64,000 nucleotides of DNA from Veleropilina oligotropha (GCA_048128005.1 JBEUKZ010000011.1:62001-126000); one strand, 5' to 3'; shown: positions 51,817-63,897, numbered from the stretch's first letter. The notes: generated by a model not told the origin, from the letters alone. Numbers and translations are program-made.

Positions 51817-54812
51817 GCTCTGACTCTGGGTGTGTAGCTTACCATGAGGCGGCTGACACTGACTCTGGGTGTGTGGCTCACCATGAGGCGGCTGACACTG
51901 ACTCTGGGTGTGTGGCTTACCATGAGGCGGCTGACACTGACTCTGGGTGTGTGGCTCACCATGAGGCGCCGACTCTGACACTGGGTGTGTGGCTTACCAT
52001 GAGGCGGCTGACACTGGGTGTGTGGCTTACCATGAGGCGGCTGACACCGACTCTGGGTGTGTGGCTCACCATGAGGCGGCTGACACTGGGTGTGTGGCTC
52101 ACCATGAGGCGGCTGACACTGGGTGTGTGGCTTACCATGAGGCGGCTGACACTGGGTGTGTGGCTTACCATGAGGCGGCTGACACTGGGTGTGTGGCTTA
52201 CCATGAGGCGGCTGACACTGACTCTGGGTGCGTGGCTCACTATGAGGCGGCTGACACTGGGTGTGTGGCTTACCATGAGGCGGCTGACACTGGGTGTGTG
52301 GCTTACCATGAGGCGGCTGACACGGACTCTGGGTGCGTGGCTTACCATGAGGCGGCTGACACTGACTCTGGGTGCGTGGCTTACTATGAGGCGGCTGACA
52401 CTTGGTGCGTGGCTTACCATGAGGCGGCTGACACTGACTCTGGGTGCGTGGCTTACCATGAAGCGGCTGACACAGACTCTGGGTGTGTGGCTTACCATGA
52501 GGCGGCTGACTCTGGGTGCGTGGCTTACCATGAGGCGGCTGACACTGACTCTGGGTGCGTGGCTCACCATGAGGCGGCTGACACTGACTCTGGGTGCGTG
52601 GCTTACTATGAGGCGGCTGACACTGGGTGTGTGGCTTACTATGAGGCGGCCAACTCTGGGTGCGTGGCTTACTATGAGGCGGCCAACTCTGGGTGCGTGG
52701 CTTACTATGAGGCGGCCAACTCTGGGTGCGTGGCTTACTATGAGGCGGCTGACACTGACTCTGGTTGCGTGGCTTACTACGAGGCGGCTGACACTGACTC
52801 TGGGTGCGTGGCTTACCATGAAGCGGCTGACACTGGGTGTGTGGCTTACCATGAGGCGGCTGACACGGACTCTGGGTGCGTGGCTTACTATGAGGCGGTT
52901 GACTCTGGGTGTGTGGCTTACCATGAGGCGGCTGACACTGACTCTGGGTGCGTGGCTTACTATGAGGCGGTTGACTCTGGGTGTGTGGCTTACCATGAGG
53001 CGGCTGACACGGACTCTGGGTGCGTGGCTTACCATGAGGCGGTTGACACTGGGTGTGTGGCTCACCATGAGGCGGCTGACACTGGGTGTGTGGCTTACCA
53101 TGAGGCGGCTGACACGGACTCTGGGTGCGTGGCTTACCATGAGGCGGCTGACACTGACTCTGGGTGCGTGGCTCACTATGAGGCGGCTGACACTGGGTGT
53201 GTGGCTTACCATGAGGCGGCTGACACGGACTCTGGGTGCGTGGCTTACTATGAGGCGGCTGACACTGGGTGTGTGGCTTACCATGAGGCGGCTGACACGG
53301 ACTCTGGGTGCGTGGCTTACCATGAGGCGGCTGACACTGACACTGGGTGTGTGGCTTACCATGAGGCGGCTGACACTGACTCTGGGTGCGTGGCTTACTA
53401 TGAGGCGGCTGACACTTGGTGCGTGGCTTACCATGAGGCGGCTGACACTGGGTGTGTGGCTTACCATGAGGCGGCTGACACTGACTCTGGGTGCGTGGCT
53501 TACCATGAAGCGGCTGACACAGACTCTGGGTGTGTGGCTTACCATGAGGCGGCTGACACTGAATCTGGGTGCGTGGCTCACCATGAGGCGGCTGACTCTG
53601 GGTGCGTGGCTCACCATGAGGCGGCTGACACCGTCTCTGGGTGTGTGGCTTACCATGAGGCGGCTGACACTGACTCTGGGTGCGTGGCTTACTATGAGGC
53701 GGCCAACTCTGGGTGCGTGGCTCACCATGAGGCGGCTGACACTGACTCTGGGTGCGTGGCTTACTATGAGGCGGCTGACACTGGGTGTGTGGCTTACTAT
53801 GAGGCGGCCGACTCTGGGTGCGTGGCTTACTATGAGGCGGCCAACTCTGGGTGTGTGGCTTACCATGAGGCGGCTGACACTGACTCTGGTTGCGTGGCTT
53901 ACTACGAGGCGGCTGACACTGACTCTGGGTGCGTGGCTTACTATGAGGCGGCCGACTCTGGGTGCGTGGCTTACCATGAAGCGGCTGACACTGGGTGTGT
54001 GGCTTACCATGAGGCGGCTGACTCTGGGTGCGTGGCTTACCATGAGGCGGCTGACACTGACTCTGGGTGCGTGGCTTACTATGAGGCGGCTGACACTGAC
54101 TCTGGGTGTGTGGCTTACTATGAGGCGGCCAACTCTGGGTGCGTGGCTTACTATGAGGCGGCCAACTCTGGGTGCGTGGCTTACTACGAGGCGGCTGACA
54201 CTGACTCTGGGTGCGTGGCTTACCATGAGGCGGCTGACTCTGGGTGCGTGGCTTACCATGAGGCGGCTGACACTGACTCTGGGTGCGTGGCTTACTATGA
54301 GGCGGCTGACACTGACTCTGGGTGTGTGGCTTACTATGAGGCGGCCAACTCTGGGTGCGTGGCTTACTATGAGGCGGCCAACTCTGGGTGCGTGGCTTAC
54401 TACGAGGCGGCTGACACTGACTCTGGGTGCGTGGCTTACTATGAGGCGGTTGACTCTGGGTGTGTGGCTTACCATGAGGCAGCTGACACCGACTCTGGGT
54501 GCGTGGCTTACTATGAGGCGGTTGACTCTGGGTGCGTGGCTCACCATGAGGCGGCTGACACAGGCTCTGGGTGTGTAGCTTATCATGAGGCGGCTGACAT
54601 TGACTCTGGGTGTGTGGCTCACCATGAGGCGGCTGACAATGGGTGTGTGGTTTACCACGAGGCGGCTGACACCGACTCTGGGTGTGTGGCTCACCATGAG
54701 GCGGCTGACACCGACTCTGGGTGTGTAGCTTATCATGAGGCAGCTGACATTGACTCTGGGTGTGTGGCTCACCATGAGGCGGCTGACACCGACTCTGGGG
54801 TGTGTGGCTTAC
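51817..54812 (-). repeat. 33/39-bp minisatellite derived from the exon d 5' splice junction
   Basis: Minus-strand unit ...GTCAGCCGCCTCATG|GTAAGCCACACACCCAG..., compared with the true junction GTCAGCCACCTCATG|gtaagccacacacccc. About 80 copies. Confidence 0.97.
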
Positions 54813-55012
54813 CATGAGGTGGCTGACAGCCTGCTGTTGGGACCCAGGCTCCCTCTGGATCACGTAGGTGGAGTTGTCGGACAGCTTCTCCTTCTGCCGG
54901 TACCAGCTGATAATGGGTTTGGGCACCCCGTCCGAAACGCAGACCATGGGTCGGGTCATGCCGCCCCAGCTGTACATGCGATTGCTCTCCTGGTGGCTGA
55001 AGTTCGGTCGGA
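54813..55012 (-). CDS. CAM exon d (N-terminal half of last Ig domain)
   Basis: tcttccag acceptor and ATG|gtaagc donor. Encodes (F)RPNFSHQESNRMYSWGGMTRPMVCVSDGVPKPIISWYRQKEKLSDNSTYVIQREPGSQQQAVSHLM. Phase 1 to 0. Confidence 0.9.
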
Positions 55013-55320
55013 CTGGAAGAGAATAGACATGGAAGGGTAAAGACATTAATTGATTTGCTTTGGATCGACGCTTAGTGATGTATTTTAACCAACTTTTATG
55101 TTCAAACAGGTCCATATTATTGACGACGAAAAGATCCGTCTAAATTTAAATATCCCTGCGTTTGCAGGTGATAAGAAATTATTATAATAGTTGACGATCA
55201 CATCCATCAAAATGCCATTTTCATACAAGTTCTATTAACAAGAGTAAAATAACACTTGGTAATAGTTAGCTCCAACACAGATGTCAAAACATGCTATAAT
55301 ATATGATAGTTCTTGCTTAC

Positions 55321-55486
55321 ATTTGACGCTCAGTGCCTTGGTGTCGCTGTCGATTCCCGCCTCATTTTCAGCTCTGCAGATATAGTTCCCCGCATCATCG
55401 GGTCTGGCTCGTGTGAATGTGAGCGATGCGTAGGTCTTCTTTTGGGCATTCCGTGGATCCACGGTTACAACGATATTATCATCATC
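55321..55486 (-). CDS. CAM exon c (C-terminal half of Ig domain)
   Basis: ttccag acceptor and T|gtaagc donor. Encodes DDDNIVVTVDPRNAQKKTYASLTFTRARPDDAGNYICRAENEAGIDSDTKALSVK. Phase 0 to 1. Confidence 0.9.
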
Positions 55487-56184
55487 CTGGAATGAAACAA
55501 ATACCACATATGTAGATATGATCTCATCGACGTTAACCGAGGAACTGGGAATTACCTTTCATATATCACTTGTATGCAGTGAGGCACAGAGTGAAGGTTT
55601 GTTAATCCAAAATTCATTGAAATATTACAGGCTATTTCTTTCAATAGCTACGAAAATGTTGAATAAATATCGATCAAGTCTTTACTTTCTCCTAAAAATG
55701 TCAGCCTACCCTAGGCATTTTCAGGGCAATGGGTAAAAATTAAGGAAATACACAGATAACATTGAACTCTGAAGCACAGCCGCCGACGGACACGACATGA
55801 TCTTAACTAAGCGCAGTTTTGGTTAAAAATTCAAATTGGGAAATCTATAAAAATCAGCTTGCAACCTTTCCAATGTCAAATATCATTAGACCAATTGAAA
55901 CATGAAGATTTCAAGCTCGTTTCACCCATTAGCCTCAATTAGAGTATGACGACGACAGGGTAAAAATTTAATCCAATAGAATCGTTTCAAATAATGGGGA
56001 AAATGTGGGAATACACATCCGAAATGGCAAAATAAAGATCTCTTAGCAGAAGAAATGTATACGCACAAGGTAACAGAACGACATGCGTATATGCACAGGG
56101 TAACAGAGCGCCATGCGTATATGCTGCCAGGACAAGAGTGGTGTTACTTTCTGCCTGCTGAACACCCACCCCCCGACTTGTCGC

Positions 56185-59100
56185 TACTTACTGCCTGCTG
56201 CCCCTTAATGTAGGTGCTGCTCCTGCCCTCCTTCTAGAAGGTGGTGACCAGGGCTGGGTCCCTACTTACTGCCTGTGTGTCCTACTCACCGCCTGCTGCC
56301 CCTGTAGGTGCTGCTCCTGTCCTCCTTCTGAAAGTGGATGGCAAGGGCTGGGTCCCTATTTACTGCCTGCTGCCCCAGGATGTAGGTGTTACCCATGTGC
56401 ACTACTTACTGCCTGTGTGTCCTACTCACTGCCTGCTGCCCATGGGTGTAGGTGCTGCCCGCGTGCCCCTACTTACTGCCTGTGTGTCCTACTCACTGCC
56501 TGCTGCCCCTGGGTGTAGGTGCTGCCCGCGTGCCCCTACTTACTGCCTGTGTGTCCTACTCACCGCCTGCTGCCCCTGGGTGTAGATGCTGCCCCCATGC
56601 CCCTACTTACTGCCTGTGTGTCCTACTCACTGCCTGCTGCCCCTGGGTGTAGGTGCTGCCCGTGTGCCCCTACTTACTGCCTGTGTGTCCTACTCACTGC
56701 CTGCTGCCCCTGGGTGTAGATGCTGCCCGCGTGCCCCTACTTACTGCCTGTGTGTCCTACTCACCGCCTGCTGCCCCTGGGTGTAGGTGCTGCCCGCGTA
56801 CTGCCTGTGTGTCCTACTCACTGCCTGCTGCCCCTGGGTGTAGGTGCTGCCCGCGTGCCCCTACTTACTGCCTGCTGCCTGTGTGTCCTACTCACTGCTT
56901 GCTGCCCCTGGGTGTAGGTGCTGCCCGCGTGCCCCTACTTACTGCCTGTGTGTCCTACTCACCGCCTGCTTCCCCTGGGTGTAGGTGCTGCCCGCGTGCC
57001 CCTACTTACTGCCTGTGTGTCCTACTCACCGCCTGCTGCCCCTGGGTGTAGGTGCTGCCCGCGTGCCCCTACTTACTGCCTGCTGCCTGTGTCCTACTCA
57101 CTGCTTGCTGCCCCTGGGTGTAGGTGCTGCCCGCGTGCCCCTACTTACTGCCTGTGTGTCCTACTCACTGCCTGCTGCCCCTGGGTGTAGGTGCTGCCCG
57201 CGTGCCCCTACTTACTGCCTGTGTGTCCTACTCACTGCCTGCTGCCCCTGGGTGTAGATGCTGCCCGCGTGCCCCTACTTACTGCCTGTGTGTCCTACTC
57301 ACTGCCTGTGTGTCCTACTCACCGCCTGCTGCCCCTGGGTGTAGGTGCTGCCCGCGTGCCCCTACTTACTGCCTGCTGCCTGTGTGTCCTACTCACTGCC
57401 TGCTGCCCCTGGGTGTAGGTGCTGCCCGCGTGCCCCTACTTACTGCCTGTGTGTCCTACTCACCGCCTGCTGCCCCTGGGTGTAGGTGCTGCCCGCGTGC
57501 CCCTACTTACTGCCTGTGTGTCCTACTCACTGCCTGCTGCCCCTGGGTGTAGGTGCTGCCCGCGTGCCCCTACTTACTGCCTGTGTGTCCTACTCACTGC
57601 TTGCTGCCCCTGGGTGTAGGTGCTGCCCGCGTGCCCCTACTTACTGCCTGTGTGTCCTACTCACCGCCTGCTGCCCCTGGGTGTAGGTGCTGCCCGCGTG
57701 CCCCTACTTACTGCCTGCTGCCCCTGGGTGTAGGTGCTGCCCGCGTGCCCCTACTTACTGCCTGTGTGTCCTACTCACTGCTTGCTGCCCCTGGGTGTAG
57801 GTGCTGCCCGCGTGCCCCTACTTACTGCCTGTGTGTCCTACTCACTGCCTGCTGCCCCTGGGTGTAGGTGCTGCCCGCGTGTCCCTACTTACTGCCTGTG
57901 TGTCCTACTCACTGCCTGCTGCCCCTGGGTGTAGATGCTGCCCCCATGCCCCTATTTACTGCCTGTGTGTCCTACTCACCGCCTGCTGCCCCTGGGTGTA
58001 GGTGCTGCCCGCGTGCCCCTACTTACTGCCTGTGTGTCCTACTCACCGCCTGCTGCCCCTGGGTGTAGGTGCTGCCCGCGTGCCCCTACTTACTGCCTGC
58101 TGCCTGTGTCCTACTCACTGCTTGCTGCCCCTGGGTGTAGGTGCTGCCCGCGTGCCCCTACTTACTGCCTGTGTGTCCTACTCACTGCCTGCTGCCCCTG
58201 GGTGTAGGTGCTGCCCGCGTGCCCCTACTTACTGCCTGTGTGTCCTACTCACTGCCTGCTGCCCCTGGGTGTAGATGCTGCCCGCGTGCCCCTACTTACT
58301 GCCTGTGTGTCCTACTCACTGCCTGTGTGTCCTACTCACCGCCTGCTGCCCCTGGGTGTAGGTGCTGCCCGCGTGCCCCTACTTACTGCCTGCTGCCTGT
58401 GTGTCCTACTCACTGCCTGCTGCCCCTGGGTGTAGATGCTGCCCGCGTGCCCCTACTTACTGCCTGTGCGTCCTACTCACCGCCTGCTGCCCCTGGGTGT
58501 AGGTGCTGCCCGCGTGCCCCTAATTACTGCCTGTGTGTCCTACTCACTGCCTGCTGCCCCTGGGTGTAGATGCTGCCCGCGTGCCCCTACTTACTGCCTG
58601 TGCGTCCTACTCACCGCCTGCTGCCCCTGGGTGTAGGTGCTGCCCGCGTGCCCCTACTTACTGCCTGTGTGTCCTACTCACCGCCTGCTGCCCCTGGGTG
58701 TAGGTGCTGCCCGCGTGCCCCTACTTACTGCCTGTGTGTCCTACTCGCTGCCTGCTGCCCATGGGTGTAGGTGCTGCCCGCGTGCCCCTACTTACTGCCT
58801 GTGTGTCCTACTCACCGCCTGCTGCCCCTGGGTGTAGATGCTGCCCGCGTGCCCCTATTTACTGCCTGTGTGTCCTACTCACCGCCTGCTTCCCCTGGGT
58901 GTAGGTGCTGCCCGCGTGCCCCTACTTACTGCCTGTGTGTCCTACTCACCGCCTGCTGCCCCTGGGTGTAGGTGCTGCCCGCGTGCCCCTACTTACTGCC
59001 TGTGTGTCCTACTCACTGCCTGCTGCCCATGGGTGTAGATGCTGCCCGCGTGCCCCTACTTACTGCCTGTGTGTCCTACTCACTGCCTGCTGCCCATGGG

Positions 59101-60639
59101 TGTAGGTGCTGCCCGCGTGCCCCTACTTACTGCCTGCTGCCCCTGGGTGTAGATGCTGCCCGCGTGCCCCTACTTACTGCCTGTGTGTCCTACTCACCGC
59201 CTGCTGCCCCTGGGTGTAGGTGCTGCCCGCGTGCCCCTACTTACTGCCTGTGTGTCCTACTCACCGCCTGCTGCCCCTGGGTGTAGGTGCTGCCCGCGTG
59301 CCCCTACTTACTGCCTGCTGCCCCTGGGTGTAGGTGCTGCCCGCGTGCCCCTACTTACTGCCTGTGTGTCCTACTCACTGCTTGCTGCCCCTGGGTGTAG
59401 GTGCTGCCCGCGTGCCCCTACTTACTGCCTGTGTGTCCTACTCACTGCCTGCTGCCCCTGGGTGTAGGTGCTGCCCGCGTGCCCCTACTTACTGCCTGCT
59501 GCCCCTGGGTGTAGGTGCTGCCCGCGTGCCCCTACTTACTGCCTGTGTGTCCTACTCACCGCCTGCTGCCCCTGGGTGTAGGTGCTGCCCGCGTGCCCCT
59601 ACTTACTGCCTGTGTGTCCTACTCACCGCCTGCTGCCCCTGGGTGTAGGTGCTGCCCGCGTGCCCCTACTTACTGCCTGCTGCCCCTGGGTGTAGGTGCT
59701 GCCCGCGTGCCCCTACTTACTGCCTGTGTGTCCTACTCACTGCCTGCTGCCCCTGGGTGTAGGTGCTGCCCGCGTGCCCCTACTTACTGCCTGTGTGTCC
59801 TACTCACTGCCTGCTGCCCCTGGGTGTAGGTGCTGCCCGCGTGCCCCTACTTACTGCCTGTGTGTCCTACTCACTGCCTGCTGCCCCTGGGTGTAGGTGC
59901 TGCCCGCGTGCCCCTACTTACTGCCTGTGTGTCCTACTCACTGCTTGCTGCCCCTGGGTGTAGGTGCTGCCCGCGTGCCCCTACTTACTGCCTGTGTGTC
60001 CTACTCACTGCCTGCTGCCCCTGGGTGTAGGTGCTGCCCGCGTGCCCCTACTTACTGCCTGTGTGTCCTACTCACTGCCTGCTGCCCCTGGGTGTAGGTG
60101 CTGCCCGCGTACTGCCTGTGTGTCCTACTCACCGCCTGCTGCCCCTGGATGTAGGTGCTGCCCGCGTGCCCCTACTTACTGCCTGTGTGTCCTACTCACC
60201 GCCTGCTGCCCCTGGGTGTAGGTGCTGCCCGCGTGCCCCTACTTACTGCCTGTGTGTCCTACTCACCGCCTGCTGCCCCTGGGTGTAGGTGCTGCCCGCG
60301 TGCCCCTACTTACTGCCTGCTGCCTGTGTCCTACTCACTGCTTGCTGCCCCTGGGTGTAGGTGCTGCCCGCGTGCCCCTACTTACTGCCTGTGTGTCCTA
60401 CTCACCGCCTGCTGCCCCTGGGTGTAGGTGCTGCCCGCGTGCCCCTACTTACTGCCTGTGTGTCCTACTCACCGCCTGCTGCCCCTGGGTGTAGGTGCTG
60501 CCCGCGTGCCCCTACTCACCGCCTGCTGCCTGTGTGTCCTACTCACCGCCAGCTGCCCTTGATGTAGGTGCTGCCTGCATGCCCCTACTCACCGCCTGCT
60601 GCCCCTTGATGTAGGTGCTGCCTGCGTGACCCTACTCAC
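56185..60639 (-). repeat. 67-bp (and 47-bp) minisatellite derived from the exon b 5' splice junction
   Basis: Minus-strand unit GGCAGCACCTACACCCAGGGGCAGCAGGCG|GTGAGTAGGACACACAGGCA|GTAAGTAGGGGCACGCG, compared with exon end AGCACCTACATCAAGGGGCAGCAGGCG|gtgagtagg. About 65 copies. Confidence 0.97.
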
Positions 60640-60788
60640 CGCCTGCTGCCCCTTGATGTAGGTGCTACTCCTGCCCTCCTTCTGGAAGGTGATGGCCGGG
60701 GCTGGGTCCCCGTCCGCCTCGCAGACCATCGTGGCCTGATTGTCCTCTTCGGCATCTGTGTCTTGATACTTTACGATCTTGGGAGGTT
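60640..60788 (-). CDS. CAM exon b (N-terminal half of next Ig domain); not in the ORF track
   Basis: ttatag acceptor and GCG|gtgagt donor. Encodes (E)PPKIVKYQDTDAEEDNQATMVCEADGDPAPAITFQKEGRSSTYIKGQQA with the Ig C-x-A-x-G-x-P-x-P motif. Phase 1 to phase 0. Confidence 0.9.
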
Positions 60789-61029
60789 CTATAATGCAGA
60801 AACAGCAAATTCAATGACAACATACATCGCTTTTCTCACTACTATTTAATATTTTAACACCCTTCAATGTCTATGGATACGTCTACCCGCACCGGACAGC
60901 TATGAATGATGCTATATTTGCTTCACCATCCGCTCCACTCGCCCTACCGACGCAATGATTGTAATTCTGCTCGCCAAAGACATTATGACACTAATTCCGC
61001 TTCCACAATGACCGTATTTCTGCTCCCTT

Positions 61030-61369
61030 AGCCCAAAAAGAAAAAATGTCTTGGTTCCTGTTACCCGTCCCTACCTAAATTTTATGCCCTACCCAAAAGT
61101 TTTTATCAGTGATTTATTTATTTTTAAATCCAACTCGCCTCTGACCGTCCTATTTGCTCCATGGAAGGTTTTGCGATGTGTGATATGTCCATTATATAGG
61201 ATTAATGGCTGCATATTACCATATGACATGGATTTTACTTTTTAATTTTGTTTAATTTTGGGGAAAATAGATACATAATAAAAACATTTCTAAAAATAAA
61301 AATATTTACCTACCTACCTACCCTAATTTTTAATGAGCATGTAACAGGAACCAAACAATTTTTTGGCCT
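61030..61369. mobile_element. MITE with imperfect TIRs
   Basis: Ends gcccaaaaa...ttggttcctgttac and gtaacaggaaccaa...tttttggcct, in ctta / ttaa context. Confidence 0.6.
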
Positions 61370-61715
61370 TAACTCTTTGGTGCCCCTGACGGTCGTTTTC
61401 GACGGCATAGAAGTAATGCTCTGTGTATATATGCTGCCAGCGGTTTCTGATGTTCAATAGCGCATTTATTTATTCCGTTATCTACCATCTTCAAGTATTG
61501 AACGAGACAGGGTCACCATTTTCATTTTTGTTATCACTGATAACGAAATATCGATAAGAAACATACCAAAATTTACTTTTTGACTTTCGGGTTCGAGCTG
61601 CCAGCATTATGTCTGCTTCAATGAAGCAATATAACTTGGACGAGGCATTACAAATGCTTGGGAAAGACAGTTCTGACAGCGAAGATGATAGTGACCTAGA
61701 TTCCACCAAACAGGT
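61369..61715 (+). mobile_element. Possible piggyBac-like 5' remnant
   Basis: ttaactcttt terminus followed by MSASMKQYNLDEALQMLGKDSSDSEDDSDLDS, resembling the acidic N-terminus of piggyBac transposases. No catalytic domain follows. Confidence 0.35.
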
Positions 61716-61888
61716 GATGGTAAAAATAGAACATTTCGAGAAGGGGGCATGGCAGATAAACAATAAGCTTCCTATAGAGATTCGCATCTTAACAATGTTA
61801 TGATGATATTTCCACTCCCCTAACATTGTTGTTGGCATTTCCACTCCTCAATGATTTTATGATGGCTTTCTGCTTCCCAATGAAGTTT

Positions 61889-63663
61889 TGACATTGTGAA
61901 AAGATTTCTAGCTTACTTTCGAAACAAGATAGTGAAGAGTTGGTTGACGTTTCGACTATTCAGCTAGTAGTCTTGATCACGTAATGATCTTGTTGGCCGC
62001 AACGGGCGCCCAGGTAGCAGGCTGGTAGATGGCGAGCATCTGGTATCATTACGAGATCACGTAATGATCTTGTTGGCCGCAACGGGCGCCCAGGTAGCAG
62101 GCTGGTAGATGGCGAGCATCTGGTATCATTACGAGATCACGTAATGATCTTGTTGGCCGCAACGGGCGCCCAGGTAGCAGGCTGGTAGATGGCGAGCATC
62201 TGGTATCATTACGAGATCACGTAATGATCTTGTTGGCCGCAACGGGCGCCCAGGTAGCAGGCTGGTAGATGGCGAGCATCTGGTATCATTACGAGATCAC
62301 GTAATGATCTTGTTGGCCGCAACGGGCGCCCAGGTAGCAGGCTGGTAGATGGCGAGCATCTGGTATCATTACGAGATCACGTAATGATCTTGTTGGCCGC
62401 AACGGGCGCCCAGGTAGCAGGCTGGTAGATGGCGAGCATCTGGTATCATTAAGAGATCACGTAATGATCTTGTTGGCCGCAACGGGCGCCCAGGTAGCAG
62501 GCTGGTAGATGGCGAGCATCTGGTATCATTACGAGATCACGTAATGATCTTGTTGGCCGCAACGGGCGCCCAGGTAGCAGGCTGGTAGATGGCGAGCATC
62601 TGGTATCATTACGAGATCACGTAATGATCTTGTTGGCCGCAACGGGCGACCAGGTAGCAGGCTGGTAGATGGCGAGCATCTGGTATCATTACGAGATCAC
62701 GTAATGATCTTGTTGGCCGCAACGGGCGCCCAGGTAGCAGGCTGGTAGATGGCGGGCATCTGGTATCATTACGAGATCACGTAATGATCTTGTTGGCCGC
62801 AACGGGCGCCCAGGTAGCAGGCTGGTAGATGGCGAGCATCTGGTATCATTACGAGATCACGTAATGATCTTGTTGGCCGCAACGGGCGCCCAGGTAGCAG
62901 GCTGGTAGATGGCGGGCATCTGGTATCATTACGAGATCACGTAATGATCTTGTTGGCCGCAACGGGCGCCCAGGTAGCAGGCTGGTAGATGGCGGGCATC
63001 TGGTATCATTACGAGATCACGTAATGATCTTGTTGGCCGCAACGGGCGCCCAGGTAGCAGGCTGGTAGATGGCGAGCATCTGGTATCATTACGAGATCAC
63101 GTAATGATCTTGTTGGCCGCAACGGGCGCCCAGGTAGCAGGCTGGTAGATGGCGAGCATCTGGTATCATTACGAGATCACGTAATGATCTTGTTGGCCAC
63201 AACGGGCGCCCAGGTAGCAGGCTGGTAGATGGCGAGCATCTGGTATCATTACGAGATCACGTAATGATCTTGTTGGCCGCAACGGGCGCCCAGGTAGCAG
63301 GCTGGTAGATGGCGAGCATATGGTATCATTACGAGATCACGTAATGATCTTGTTGGCCGCAACGGGCGCCCAGGTAGCAGGCTGGTAGATGGCGAGCAGC
63401 TGGTATCATTACGAGATCACGTAATGATCTTGTTGGCCGCAACGGGCGCCCAGGTAGCAGGCTGGTAGATGGCGAGCATCTGGTATCATTACGAGATCAC
63501 GTAATGATCTTGTTGGCCGCAACGGGCGCCCAGGTAGCAGGGTGGTAGATGGCGAGCATCTGGTATCATTACGAGATCAAGACAACTAGCCGAGTAGTCG
63601 AAACGTCAACCAACTCTTCACTATCCTGTTCCAAAGTAAGTTAAAACTCTTTTCACAATGTCA
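61889..63663. mobile_element. ~90-bp inverted repeats enclosing the 80-bp array; possible Penelope-like terminal repeat fragments
   Basis: 61889-61978 is the reverse complement of 63575-63663 apart from several mismatches. Both carry gatcaagac.actagc.ga.tagtcgaaacgtc. Confidence 0.6.
61975..63578. repeat. 80-bp tandem array, 20 near-identical copies
   Basis: Unit gatcacgtaatgatcttgttggccgcaacgggcgcccaggtagcaggctggtagatggcgagcatctggtatcattacga. Confidence 0.97.
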
Positions 63664-63731
63664 TCACTTGGAACAAATAACAATATCTTCTCAGAAGATA
63701 TGACAGTATTTCCGCTCCTCGTATCGCTTAC

Positions 63732-63897
63732 CTTTCACATCGATCATGCCTTCCTGTCGTGCGACGCCGCCGGCATTTGACGCCCTGCACACGTATATCC
63801 CGTCGTCAGACGCCTTCAAGGAAGCAAAAGTCAATGTGCCCTTGTTCTTATCCACAATATAGTTCACGCCGTCTCCTAGTGGTCTCATTTCTTCTTT
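63732..63897 (-). CDS. NCAM/Fasciclin-2/apCAM-like cell adhesion molecule, exon a (C-terminal half of an Ig domain)
   Basis: tttcag acceptor and AAG|gtaagc donor. Encodes KEEMRPLGDGVNYIVDKNKGTLTFASLKASDDGIYVCRASNAGGVARQEGMIDVK with the Ig D-x-G-x-Y-x-C motif. 166 nt, ends in phase 1. Confidence 0.9.

Noticed and set aside
51873..54817. Plus-strand 901-aa and 942-aa ORFs and the minus-strand 939-aa ORF as stand-alone genes
   Set aside because: They are by-products of a 33/39-bp repeat lacking stops in those frames and have no unique domain.
56241..60567. Dozens of Cys/Pro-rich ORFs (metallothionein- or keratin-associated-like)
   Set aside because: They are translations of the 67-bp minisatellite on the strand opposite the host gene.
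61975..63578. CRISPR-like array
   Set aside because: Units are essentially identical with no unique spacers, there are no cas genes, and the context is a eukaryotic intron.
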